Shown here: piece by piece, positions 10,905 through 20,601 of the stretch
Layout of the letters: every line of letters begins with the position of its first letter
Position numbering within the stretch: the stretch's first letter is position 1
NCBI GenBank assembly: GCA_963771075.1
Contig: CAVYSE010000001.1
Coordinates: forward strand, 64,001 to 128,000
Length of the DNA: 64,000 nucleotides
DNA from: a candidate division FCPU426 bacterium
GTDB taxonomy: Bacteria > Oederibacteriota > Muellerivitia > Muellerivitales > Muellerivitaceae
Direction: 5' to 3'
The notes under the pieces: model-generated
Database searches by the model: none
Told to the model about the DNA's origin: nothing
Seen by the model: the letters and a program-made list of their open reading frames with translations, nothing else
Program-made: the position numbers and the translations under genes

Positions 10905-11561
10905 ATGTCAGTCCGGGACTCCCTATTGGAAAAATTAAAAGCCGCACGCCTGTACCTGGTTACCCATCCTGAAAAAGAAGGAGGGAGGCCCCTATTGGCA
11001 ACGGTGGAAGCAGCCCTCAAGGGCGGGGTGGATATTGTTCAATTGCGGGATTACACCCTATCCGACTCGAAACTGTTACAAACCGCCATTGCCCTTCAGA
11101 AAATGACGCTTAACTACGGAGCCCTTTTCATCGTGAATAACCGGCCTGACATCGCCCGGCTTTCGGATGCGGATGGGGTGCATGTGGGCCAGGAAGACCT
11201 CCCCGTGCGGATGGCCCGGAAAATCGTGGGTGAGGAAAAACTGGTGGGGCTATCCACCCAAGAAGCCGCCCAGGCCCGGGGGGCGGTGGTGCAGGGGGCG
11301 GATTACATCGGGGTGGGACCCGTTTTCGCCACTCCCACCAAGGACAAGGACCCGGTGGGCCTGGGGTATGTTTCGGAGGCTTTCCAAATGAATTTACCCA
11401 TCCCCTTTTTCGCCATCGGTGGGGTTGATCTGCAAAATATCGAATCGGTCATGAAGGCGGGGGGAAAAAGGGTTTCGGTCGTTCGGGCCCTGATGGACGC
11501 GGCAGATCCTACCGTCGCAGCTCGGAAATTTGTCGACATCCTAGAAAAATTCCGAGAATGA
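10905..11561 (+). CDS. thiE: Thiamine-phosphate synthase
   Basis: LYLVT, VQLR, ADGVHVGQED, DYIGVGPVFATPTK, FAIGG. Confidence 0.95.
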   Translation: MSVRDSLLEKLKAARLYLVTHPEKEGGRPLLATVEAALKGGVDIVQLRDYTLSDSKLLQTAIALQKMTLNYGALFIVNNRPDIARLSDADGVHVGQEDLPVRMARKIVGEEKLVGLSTQEAAQARGAVVQGADYIGVGPVFATPTKDKDPVGLGYVSEAFQMNLPIPFFAIGGVDLQNIESVMKAGGKRVSVVRALMDAADPTVAARKFVDILEKFRE

Positions 11562-11632
11562 CCCATCCTCTTGAGATTGGGTAAAACGAAACCATATAAT
11601 TTCGGTATTTACTGACAAAGGAAAGTGAGCCG

Positions 11633-12160
11633 ATGAGCCGCCCAATCGTTCTTTATCCCGATCCGATCCTGAAAAAGAAAAGTCAAGCCATCACGAAATT
11701 CACCGAGGATCTGGCGGCGCTGGCCGCGGAAATGACCGAATCCATGCGTGAGGCCAACGGTGTAGGCCTGGCCGCCGTACAGATCGGCGAACTGCTTCGA
11801 ATGATGGTCATGGACGAAAATTACGACAAGGAAGAAAAGGGTGAGACCCTGGTTTTAATCAATCCGGTGGTTTTGGAAGAGCAGGGAACGGACCTTTCCG
11901 AGGAAGGCTGTCTTTCCATCCCCGATGTTCGCGAGGAGGTGGAGCGAGCCCTGAAGGTGAAGGTCAAGGCCCAGGACCTCAAGGGGGAGGAGCACACCTA
12001 CTCCTTCGAGGGTTTACTCGCCCGCTGCATCCTTCATGAGATCGACCATATGAATGGCCAGCTTTTCATTCAAAGAATCTCCGCGGTCAAGAAGCTTTTC
12101 CACCAGAAACAGCTACACCAGTTGAAGAAGAACTTCGAGAAGGCGCCAGTCCGCTTATAA
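11633..12160 (+). CDS. def: Peptide deformylase
   Basis: GVGLAAVQIG, EGCLSIP, HEIDH. Confidence 0.97.
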   Translation: MSRPIVLYPDPILKKKSQAITKFTEDLAALAAEMTESMREANGVGLAAVQIGELLRMMVMDENYDKEEKGETLVLINPVVLEEQGTDLSEEGCLSIPDVREEVERALKVKVKAQDLKGEEHTYSFEGLLARCILHEIDHMNGQLFIQRISAVKKLFHQKQLHQLKKNFEKAPVRL

Positions 12161-12234
12161 ATCAATTCGCCCATTTAGATTCCCCAGTTATTCATCCCTA
12201 AATCCCCTATAATCCCCGTGCGTAGAACATTTCC

Positions 12235-13197
12235 TTGAAGTCGAAGGACTTAACCTTGGAGCAACCTTTCCGCATACTTTTCATGGGCACATCCGATTTC
12301 GCCGTGCCGACTTTGAAGGCGCTGCATGGGGCAGGTTATCCCATCTGCTTGGTGGTGACCCAACCGGACCGTCCCGCGGGTCGGGGACTAGATCTCAAGC
12401 CTTCCCCTGTCAAAAGTGCCGCGGTGGAACTGGGCCTTCCCCTTTATCAGCCCGAGAAAGTTCGCTTTCCTGAGGCGGTGGAAACCCTGAAAGCCCAGCA
12501 GCCGGACCTGACGGTGGTAGCCGCCTATGGCCAAATCCTACCCCCTTCGGTCTTGCAAATACCCAAGGTCACCGCCCTGAATATTCATGGGTCCATCCTT
12601 CCCAAATACAGGGGGGCCGCCCCGATCCATTACGCGGTGATGGCGGGGGAAAAGGAAACGGGTGTCACAATCATGTATATGAATGAAAAGCTGGATGAGG
12701 GGGACATGCTATTGGTGAAGAAAACCCCCATCCATCCGGAGGAAACGACGGGTGACGTGCATGACCGATTGGCTTCCTTGGGCGCGGAAGGACTTTTAGA
12801 AGCCTTACGGCTTCTATCGGAAGGTAAGGCCCCGCGAATTCCTCAAGACCATTCCCAAGCCACCTTTTCGCCCAGTATCAAGAAAGAACAATGCCGGGTT
12901 CGATGGGAAATAAGCGCCCGGGAAGCCGTCGACCAGATCCGGGGCCTGGCGCCTTGGCCTGTGGCGGAGACCTATTGGAAAGGGATTCCCCTACGGCTTT
13001 ACAAAGCCCTGGAATTGGATGGAGAAAATGGGAACCCAGGGGAAATTGTCAGGGTCTCGAAAGAAGGCATTGAGGTTTCAACAGGGAAGGGAAGGGTTCT
13101 TTTAAAAGAACTCCAGCCCCCGGGAAAAAAGCGCATGGGCGCGTACGATTTCACTTTAGGCCATCCCGATTTTAAATTGGGCGAAAGGTTCACATGA
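12235..13197 (+). CDS. fmt: Methionyl-tRNA formyltransferase (true start possibly TTG 12256)
   Basis: FMGTSDFA, VVTQPDRPAGRG, NIHGSILPKYRGAAPI; follows def. Confidence 0.97.
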   Translation: MKSKDLTLEQPFRILFMGTSDFAVPTLKALHGAGYPICLVVTQPDRPAGRGLDLKPSPVKSAAVELGLPLYQPEKVRFPEAVETLKAQQPDLTVVAAYGQILPPSVLQIPKVTALNIHGSILPKYRGAAPIHYAVMAGEKETGVTIMYMNEKLDEGDMLLVKKTPIHPEETTGDVHDRLASLGAEGLLEALRLLSEGKAPRIPQDHSQATFSPSIKKEQCRVRWEISAREAVDQIRGLAPWPVAETYWKGIPLRLYKALELDGENGNPGEIVRVSKEGIEVSTGKGRVLLKELQPPGKKRMGAYDFTLGHPDFKLGERFT

Positions 13198-14774
13198 CCA
13201 CCCGAGATCCCCAATCCCCTTCGGATGGACCGAAGGAGATCAACTCCGCAAAGCCAACCCGACTCACCCAACCGAAACGGGTTGCCGGCAAGCGCCCCAT
13301 GGGAAAACCTCCGGCAGGCAACCGAACTGTTGGCAAAGGATCGTCTGGCGGTCGACCTCCTTTTCGAGGGACCCGTAAAACCATGGGAACGGGTTCAATC
13401 ATTCCGGGAACGGTCCGCTCTCCCCAACCCGATCGTTCAAATAGCGCACCGGGAAGGGAGTTTATTACACCCTCCCGTTTAGAGGCGGCCAAGGCCCTTT
13501 TGAAAATCGAGAAGGGCTCCAAGGTCGCGGATGTGATGGAAGTGAGGGGATTGATCCCCGAGGATATGGCTCTTTTCCGCGAACTGGTTTACGGATGCAC
13601 CCGGCAAAAACGCCTCCTGGATTACCAGTTGGACAAGCTTTGCCAGTCCCCTTTCGCAAAACTGCCGGTAGAGGTCAAGATCTCCCTGCGGATGGGGCTT
13701 TACCAACTGATGTTCCTGACGAGGGTGCCGGCCCACGCGGCAGTCCATGAGACCGTCAATTTGGTCAAGGGCGCGGGACAGGAGGCCCTGTCCGGCTTCA
13801 CGAACGCGGTTCTTCGGAACGCGGAAATTAAAAAGGCGGAGTTCACCTTTGAGGGCGAGAGTGAACTGGATAGCCTGGCCATCCGCCATTCCCATCCGAC
13901 CTGGCTGGTGAAACGATGGGCAGAAAGTTTTTCCCCCGAAACCCTGGAGGCCATCCTCGCGGCGGACAACAAACCACACCCGGTTTTTTTGAGGGCCCGG
14001 CCCGGCTGGGGTCCCAAGATTCAAGAGTCATTAAGGGCGCAGAAGATCAACGTGGAGCCGCTTTCCTGGCCCCCTGATATCCTGCGGCTGAACAGCCATG
14101 AGGGAGGGCTATTTTCAGGAGAAAGCTTCAACCAGGGTGACTGGTTCGTTCAGGATTGGTCACCCCAGGCCATGCTGGAGATGCTGCCCTTTACCCATGT
14201 CTTCCGGGCTTGGGATGTATGCGCGGCTCCAGGCGGTAAGACCGCGGGTCTAGCTTGGAAATTAGGGGATAAAGGCGAGGTCTGGGCCACGGATTTGTCC
14301 CCCGTACGCCGAATCAAACTACAGGAAAACATCAAACGGTTGAGCCTGAATAATGTGAAGGTTTACGAGGATGCCATCGAAAAGATTACCCCGGCCCAGA
14401 AGTTCGATTTAATTTGGGTTGACGCTCCCTGCAGCGGAACCGGCGTTTTGTCACGGCGTGCGGACCTGCGTTGGAAATTGAAAAGGGAAGAGATAAAAAA
14501 ACACGCCGAGGAACAGGGAAAACTTCTGGAAGAGGTGCAGGGGCATCTCTATCCCAAGGGCTTTCTGGTTTACAGCACTTGCTCGTTGGAAAAGGAGGAA
14601 AACCAGGAACTCATCCAGGCCTTCCTGGAGGCCCATCCGGGATGGGACGTGGTCATGCCGGAGGTGCCTGTGGAGGTGACCGGGTTGATCCGTGGTGAAT
14701 ATGGAATCACCTTTCTTCCCACCCAGGACAGGGATGGGGGCTACTTGGCCTTGATTCAAAAAAACAGGAATTAA
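13194..14774 (+). CDS. rsmB: 16S rRNA m5C967 methyltransferase (NusB-like plus MTase domains, long basic N-terminal extension)
   Basis: ELVYG, HAAVHETV, DVCAAPGGKT, DAPCSGTG, YSTCS; def-fmt-rsmB synteny. Confidence 0.93.
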   Translation: MTTRDPQSPSDGPKEINSAKPTRLTQPKRVAGKRPMGKPPAGNRTVGKGSSGGRPPFRGTRKTMGTGSIIPGTVRSPQPDRSNSAPGREFITPSRLEAAKALLKIEKGSKVADVMEVRGLIPEDMALFRELVYGCTRQKRLLDYQLDKLCQSPFAKLPVEVKISLRMGLYQLMFLTRVPAHAAVHETVNLVKGAGQEALSGFTNAVLRNAEIKKAEFTFEGESELDSLAIRHSHPTWLVKRWAESFSPETLEAILAADNKPHPVFLRARPGWGPKIQESLRAQKINVEPLSWPPDILRLNSHEGGLFSGESFNQGDWFVQDWSPQAMLEMLPFTHVFRAWDVCAAPGGKTAGLAWKLGDKGEVWATDLSPVRRIKLQENIKRLSLNNVKVYEDAIEKITPAQKFDLIWVDAPCSGTGVLSRRADLRWKLKREEIKKHAEEQGKLLEEVQGHLYPKGFLVYSTCSLEKEENQELIQAFLEAHPGWDVVMPEVPVEVTGLIRGEYGITFLPTQDRDGGYLALIQKNRN

Positions 14775-14872
14775 TTTAAAGAAAAATACATTTGCCGCTA
14801 AGAACGAGGTCGATACCCAGAAAGGCAAGAAGAAACTAAAGTTAGGATGAAAAGATCAGGAGTGGAGAGACT

Positions 14873-16432
14873 TTGAAACGAATTTGGTTATTTCTCACAA
14901 TCATTCTTTGGGCGGATTGTTCCTTCGCCGAAAACCCGGCCGAGTATGACCTCGTATTGAACAACGGGACCCTCTTGGACGGATCCGGACTTCCACCGAC
15001 CCATGGAAGCCTGGCTTTCAAGGATGGGAAAATAGCAGCCGTAGGCCTATTACCTCCCTACAAGACGAAGAAGGAAGTGGATGTCCATGGCTTGGTCGTG
15101 GCACCCGGGTTTATCGACCTTCTTTGCCACAACGACCTGCTTTGGACCTTCACCGAACAACAAAAAGCCATACGTCGGGGTGTCACTTCAGGTCTGGCAG
15201 GGAATTGCGGGTTCTCCATATTGGATGTAGAAAAAAACCTGCAAAAGCTGCAAAAACACAAAGGCCTGATCAACCTGGGCACCCTGCTCGGGCAGGGAAG
15301 CGTTAGGGATTGGTTCGTAAAGGCCCAAAAACAAAAGGCGCCGGATGCCGCAAGCATGGCGCGCATGAAAACCTTTTTGGAGGTTGGGCTGAAGGCTGGG
15401 GCGTTCGGTTTATCCAGCGGATTGGGTTACGAACCGGGAGAATGGTGCCAAAGCGCGGAGCTGGAAGACCTGGCATCGGTTCTTTCGAAATATCCCCACG
15501 CGGCTTATTACACTCATATCCGCAATTACCGATCGGGCGTGTTGGACGCAATCAAGGAAGCCCTTCACCTGGGCGAAGTGGACAAGGTGCCGGTCGTGAT
15601 CCAGCATCTCCTATTCAAGCTTCCCAGTAATTGGGACCAGACCGAAAGCGGATTGCGTCTCCTTGAGGAGGCCCGGGGTAAGGGCCTGGAAGCTTGGGCC
15701 ACGGTATACCCCTATGACTTCTGGGGAAACGAAGTTCAGATACCTCTCTACCAGTTTCTTTACCTTCCGGAGGATTCGGCCCGCTGGTCCTTTTACCACC
15801 AGGAAGACAAGACGGACGACTTAATGGCACGGATCCATCGCCGACTACTGGAATATGGCGGAGGGGACAAGATCGAGATTACCCGGGTTCGGGCAAAGAG
15901 TTCCAAATCCGCGCTGGGACTCACCCTGAAAGAATTGGCGCAACAAAGAAAGTTGTCCGAAGAAAACGCGGTGGTGGCCCTCTTGCTGGAGAATGGAAAG
16001 GACGTCAAGATCTGCTATCACGGACTTTCGGAAGAGGGGCTCATCAAGAAAATCCAATCACCCTACGTTCTTTTTGGTTCTGACTCGGCGGCCACCATCC
16101 CCCATCCAAGGGACGTGGGGGCTTTTCCCCGATTGTTGGGAACCTACGTACGGGACCAAGGGGTCATCCGCCTTTCGGAGGCCATTCGACGCTTAACGAG
16201 AGAACCGGCCCGTATCATGGGCTTGAAGGACCGAGGGCAATTAAAAACGGGATTTTGGGGCGACGTGGTGGTTTTCGACTACAAAACGATCGGGGACAAG
16301 GCGACGGCAGTGGCGCCATGGGAATCTCCGAGCGGCATAAAAATGGTATTTGTGAACGGACAGCAGGTCTTCGGAAAGGGAGGGTTTTTAAACGGATACC
16401 CGGGACAGGTACTGAGAAGGTCGGATGATTAA
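14873..16432 (+). CDS. N-acyl-D-amino-acid deacylase family amidohydrolase with signal peptide
   Basis: VAPGFID, GVTS...GNCG, GAFGLSSGLGYEPG, THIR, GSD, PHPR..GAFPR, RGQLKTGFWGDVVVFD. Confidence 0.85.
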   Translation: MKRIWLFLTIILWADCSFAENPAEYDLVLNNGTLLDGSGLPPTHGSLAFKDGKIAAVGLLPPYKTKKEVDVHGLVVAPGFIDLLCHNDLLWTFTEQQKAIRRGVTSGLAGNCGFSILDVEKNLQKLQKHKGLINLGTLLGQGSVRDWFVKAQKQKAPDAASMARMKTFLEVGLKAGAFGLSSGLGYEPGEWCQSAELEDLASVLSKYPHAAYYTHIRNYRSGVLDAIKEALHLGEVDKVPVVIQHLLFKLPSNWDQTESGLRLLEEARGKGLEAWATVYPYDFWGNEVQIPLYQFLYLPEDSARWSFYHQEDKTDDLMARIHRRLLEYGGGDKIEITRVRAKSSKSALGLTLKELAQQRKLSEENAVVALLLENGKDVKICYHGLSEEGLIKKIQSPYVLFGSDSAATIPHPRDVGAFPRLLGTYVRDQGVIRLSEAIRRLTREPARIMGLKDRGQLKTGFWGDVVVFDYKTIGDKATAVAPWESPSGIKMVFVNGQQVFGKGGFLNGYPGQVLRRSDD

Positions 16433-16521
16433 AATGATCGAAACCCCATGTTTCCTCTTTTTTTCATCGAAATTTGCCGTCTTTTCGTTCAGGTTTGCTC
16501 CCTTTGGCCGTTAGAAGCACT

Positions 16522-19260
16522 ATGTACCTATCCCATTCCAACCGTCCCGCAAAGGGGATAGCCCTCGGGTTCGTTCTTTGTTTCCTTTTGACTTTGGCCG
16601 GAGCGGAACCGGCTTTCCCCCAAACAGCGACCTTCACCCGCACCCTTACGAACTCACCCACCGTTTCCTTGACTCCATTGCCCTCCAACACGCCGACTCT
16701 AACCTTCACGCCCAATTTGACCCTGACCCCACCCTGCGGGGCCTCGGCGACCTTTTTTGGGAATGTCAACATTAGCGGCTTAAGCAGCGGTAATGTCACG
16801 ACCGGTCCCGGAATTTACGGCGCCGGCGCCACCTTGAATTTTCCGGCTTCGGTCTACAGCCTATCCATATACAACAGCGGGGCCAATGCCGGCGTTTCGG
16901 TCATCGCCGGGATCTACGATATCGGGGGCGTCCACCCTAGCAGCGTGAGCAACATTGGAAGTTTGGTCGTTCAATCGACACCCCAGCCAATGGTCGCTGG
17001 TTGGAACGGTTTTGTCATTCCACCCACTTATTTGCCTGTCGGCCAATATTGGCTGACCTATATGTTTGACTCCGCGGACTATAACATCGTCAATTCCAGT
17101 GGGGTCAGCGGTAACTTGGTTTTTACAACCGCGCCCCAATCCTACGGGTCGCTTCCAAACGGGATGCCGTCCAGCATAGCCTATGGGGCGGGGTCGATTC
17201 CCATGGCCGCCGACTATTGCATCGTGCCTACCAACACGCCAACCATCACCAACTCACCCACGCCCACGAATACGATCACCCAAACTGGAACTCCTACGAA
17301 TACCAATACGCCAACCTCCACGAGCACCCCGACTATCACCGGAACAATCATGACCTATACCCCAACCGTCAGCAATAGCCCCACCCCCACCAATACCCTG
17401 ACGCCCAGTCCGACCGCCACTTCCACGAATACACCCAATCTTACCTTAACCCCCGATTGTGGCGCGAGCGCCCAGTCCTTTGGAAATACCAATCAAGCCG
17501 ACGCGAATGTGATCGAGCAAAATGCCTTGGGTTGGGGTTTCAGGGCCAGCGTGTATAACTTGCCGGTGACAGGAAATGTAGAAACGATATCACTTTATTG
17601 CGACCCCAGCAGCGCCGGGGAAACTGCCGTGGTGGGGATTTACAACAGCCAGTCCGTTTCTTTGATGGGGACTCTGCTTTCCCAATCCGATTCGACCAAC
17701 CTGCAGGCAATGTCTTCGGGTTGGAACGTATTCAGCGTGCCGGCAACCCTCTTACCCCCTGGAAATTATTGGCTGGCTTATATTTATTCCGGACCAGCAA
17801 GTTATTTAGTGGATTACCAAACCATATCCGGTTCCGTTTCTAATACATTCGCTTACGCTCTTACGACCGCGGTGCAATCCTATAGTTTGGATGCGACCGC
17901 TTCAACTTATCCCGTAACCTATAACGCGGGTATCAATATCCATGACTTGATTTACGCCAATTATTGTCCGGCCGGTCTTTCCACCAACACGCCCACCCTC
18001 TCCCCGACCCAGACCAACTCCCCCACCGCCTCACTCACTCCCTCCATTACCAACAGTCCCACGGTTTCCTTGACCCCCACCCCTTCCAATTCCCCAACGC
18101 TGAGTTTGACCCCAACCGTCTCCGATAGTCCCACCTTTAGCTCAACCCCTACGAATACCTTGACGCCGACCTGGTCATCCACCATCACGCTTACCGCTAC
18201 GATCACGAATTCATTTACCCCCACGCCGACGGCAACGCTGACCAGTTCCTCCACTTCGACCCCAAGCCCGACGGTTACTTTGACGCCAACCGTTTCGGAG
18301 ACCTCTACTTGGACCCCCACCCTTACTAATAGCCCCACTATAACCTCCACCGCTACCCCAACGGCCACCTTGCCACCGAGTTTCACCTTCACGATGACAC
18401 AAACGATTACTTCGACCCTCAGCGTAACCCCGAGCCTGACCCCCACTTGGTCCACGACGGGGACTTCCACCTTTAGCCCGACGCTGACCCCCATCAGTTC
18501 CTTTACCTTTACCGCCTCGATGACACCGTCCACCACGCCGAATTGGACCCTTTCCCCGACTCTCACCGGAACATTCGTTCAAACGGCGACTGAAACCGAT
18601 TCACCCACCATTCTTTTTACCCGGACCGTGACGAATACCCCAACAGCCACCGGAACCCTTACCATCCTCCAGACTCCCACTTCGTCCCTGACCCCGACGA
18701 ATACGGCTTTTTGGACCCCCACCCGCTCCTGGACGCAAACTACGACTGCCACAAACACACCGGTCTTAAGTATTACCCCTTCCAACACGGGAACGCCCAG
18801 CGAAACCCCCACTGGGACCCCGTCGTTCACGACGACCGCGACTCCCAGCTCCACCGGGACCTTAACCCAAACGAACATTCCCACTCAGACCTTAACGGGT
18901 TCACCGACACTGACCCTGACTTTGCAGCCTACGCCAACCCCCGGACTGACACTCTCGCCGACAATCACGATAATCCCAGCATCGAATCCACCGCCCGTTT
19001 TTTACCCGAACCCGGTGAAAAGCAACGATTCCATCAATCTTTGGGTGTCCTTCACGCAGCCACACGATTATGTGACAGTGAAGCTATTTACCACAGCTTT
19101 TCGGAAGATCTATCAACGAAGCTGGACCTATACCCCAGCGGGTGTCTACGAATTCGCTTTAGATGATTTCAAGCCGCAAATTACCAGCGATGGGCTTTAT
19201 TACGCATTGGTCACCACCCCCACGGACCGGTGGGTCATGAAACTATTGATTCTGAGGTAG
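16522..19260 (+). CDS. Secreted Thr/Pro-rich surface protein with two homologous beta-rich modules and a T9SS-type-A-like C-terminal domain
   Basis: Signal peptide. Two copies of CGASA..FGN...GIY...QS...Q.M..GWN.F..P.T.LP.G.YWL.Y...YC. Tail PVFYPNPV...VKLFT...GLYY...KLLILR*. Confidence 0.85.
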   Translation: MYLSHSNRPAKGIALGFVLCFLLTLAGAEPAFPQTATFTRTLTNSPTVSLTPLPSNTPTLTFTPNLTLTPPCGASATFFGNVNISGLSSGNVTTGPGIYGAGATLNFPASVYSLSIYNSGANAGVSVIAGIYDIGGVHPSSVSNIGSLVVQSTPQPMVAGWNGFVIPPTYLPVGQYWLTYMFDSADYNIVNSSGVSGNLVFTTAPQSYGSLPNGMPSSIAYGAGSIPMAADYCIVPTNTPTITNSPTPTNTITQTGTPTNTNTPTSTSTPTITGTIMTYTPTVSNSPTPTNTLTPSPTATSTNTPNLTLTPDCGASAQSFGNTNQADANVIEQNALGWGFRASVYNLPVTGNVETISLYCDPSSAGETAVVGIYNSQSVSLMGTLLSQSDSTNLQAMSSGWNVFSVPATLLPPGNYWLAYIYSGPASYLVDYQTISGSVSNTFAYALTTAVQSYSLDATASTYPVTYNAGINIHDLIYANYCPAGLSTNTPTLSPTQTNSPTASLTPSITNSPTVSLTPTPSNSPTLSLTPTVSDSPTFSSTPTNTLTPTWSSTITLTATITNSFTPTPTATLTSSSTSTPSPTVTLTPTVSETSTWTPTLTNSPTITSTATPTATLPPSFTFTMTQTITSTLSVTPSLTPTWSTTGTSTFSPTLTPISSFTFTASMTPSTTPNWTLSPTLTGTFVQTATETDSPTILFTRTVTNTPTATGTLTILQTPTSSLTPTNTAFWTPTRSWTQTTTATNTPVLSITPSNTGTPSETPTGTPSFTTTATPSSTGTLTQTNIPTQTLTGSPTLTLTLQPTPTPGLTLSPTITIIPASNPPPVFYPNPVKSNDSINLWVSFTQPHDYVTVKLFTTAFRKIYQRSWTYTPAGVYEFALDDFKPQITSDGLYYALVTTPTDRWVMKLLILR

Positions 19261-19296
19261 GGAAGAGGAAAGTGGCAAATGTAAAGATAGAGCAAT

Positions 19297-19333
19297 AAAA
19301 AAAGGCCGGTCCCCAAGGGGAAACCGGCCTTTT
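19297..19333. terminator. Bidirectional intrinsic terminator
   Basis: AAAAAAAGGCCGGT-CCCCAAGGGGAA-ACCGGCCTTTT between convergent genes. Confidence 0.85.
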
Positions 19334-19345
19334 GGCTGAAGAAGG

Positions 19346-20485
19346 TTAGATTTTTTTCGAATAGATTCGGTATTTCTTGATGATCTTGCCGCCCATGGCC
19401 GAGATGCCGCTGTTGATGCCCTCGTTATCTTCCAGGGTCCAGGACAACTCACCGCCCTTGATCCTCCGTTTTTTGCCGGTCTTGAGAGCTTCCAGGTAAA
19501 GCATGGCCTCGAGACCCTTCTTTCGATAGTCCGGATGGATACCCATGGCCATTTCCCGGGTATCGTCGAACTTGGTGGTGAGGAACTTCACCAATGCGAA
19601 GGGGTCATGCCAGGAAAAAAGCTCGCCGTCCATTTTGATGAGCGCCTGGTTGACGTCCGGAACCACCAAGTTAAAACCGATGGCCTTCCCGTCGACTTCC
19701 GCGAACACCACGAAATCAGGCCAGACAATGTCCTTCAATTTTTTGACCTGATATTGGAACTCTTCGTCGGTCATGGGTACGAAGCCCCAGTTTTTTTCCC
19801 AGATCTTGTTGTAAAGCTCCTGGAGGATTTTTGCGTCCTCGTAAAGCCTTTTCATGTTCAAGGGACGGATGGTGATGCGTTCCCGCTTCATGGTACGCTC
19901 CACGATTTTCACGATGCGCTCGGGAGGGTCGGCCGTGGCGGGGAGATACCAGGCATAAAGATCCTTGGCCTTTGCGTATCCAGCTTTTTCCGTTAGGGGA
20001 AGATAATAGGGCGGGTTATAGGTCATGGCGATACGGGCCGGTGAATCGTAGCCTTCCAATAGGAAACCAAAATAATCGTCGTTCGAGGTGAAGCTGGCGG
20101 GGCCCCGGACCTCGGAAATGCCCTCGGCCTTGAAGAATTTTTCGCCCGCTTGGAAGAGGGCATCGGCCACAGCTTGGTCGTTCACGCATTCAAACCAGCC
20201 AAAAAACCCCACCTTTTCATTCCAGAATTTGATGAAATTGTCGTCAACGCTGGCGGATAGGCGGCCCACCAGCTCGTTTTGCTCGTTGAAGGCCATAAAC
20301 AGCTTGGTGCGGCTGTGCTGGTGATAGGGATTTTTTTGGGGGTTTAAAAGACTTCGTTGGTCATCCAAAAAGGGAGGAACCCAATTCGATTCGCGTTTAC
20401 CCTGGGGCGCGTATATTTTCCAAGGCAGATGAAGAAAGGCTTCCTGATCCTTCTTGGTTTCAACCGTCTTGATCGTGATAGCCAC
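19346..20485 (-). CDS. Tandem-GNAT N-acyltransferase (YghO/bacterial ceramide synthase-like)
   Basis: FLHLPWKIY..WVPP, VGFFGWFE, RGP, YNPPYY, W..NWGFVP, PDVNQ, ELSWTLEDN; immediately downstream of the SPT-like gene. Confidence 0.8.
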   Translation of the reverse strand: MAITIKTVETKKDQEAFLHLPWKIYAPQGKRESNWVPPFLDDQRSLLNPQKNPYHQHSRTKLFMAFNEQNELVGRLSASVDDNFIKFWNEKVGFFGWFECVNDQAVADALFQAGEKFFKAEGISEVRGPASFTSNDDYFGFLLEGYDSPARIAMTYNPPYYLPLTEKAGYAKAKDLYAWYLPATADPPERIVKIVERTMKRERITIRPLNMKRLYEDAKILQELYNKIWEKNWGFVPMTDEEFQYQVKKLKDIVWPDFVVFAEVDGKAIGFNLVVPDVNQALIKMDGELFSWHDPFALVKFLTTKFDDTREMAMGIHPDYRKKGLEAMLYLEALKTGKKRRIKGGELSWTLEDNEGINSGISAMGGKIIKKYRIYSKKI

Positions 20486-20601
20486 GGATTTCCCTCGCTT
20501 TAAATAAAGTTTAGGCTAACAAGGCAAGATTTTATCGGTTTTGGGTAAAAAGAGACAAACTTTTATGGAATGGGATAGGGATTTAACCTATCTGGAACTC
20601 G

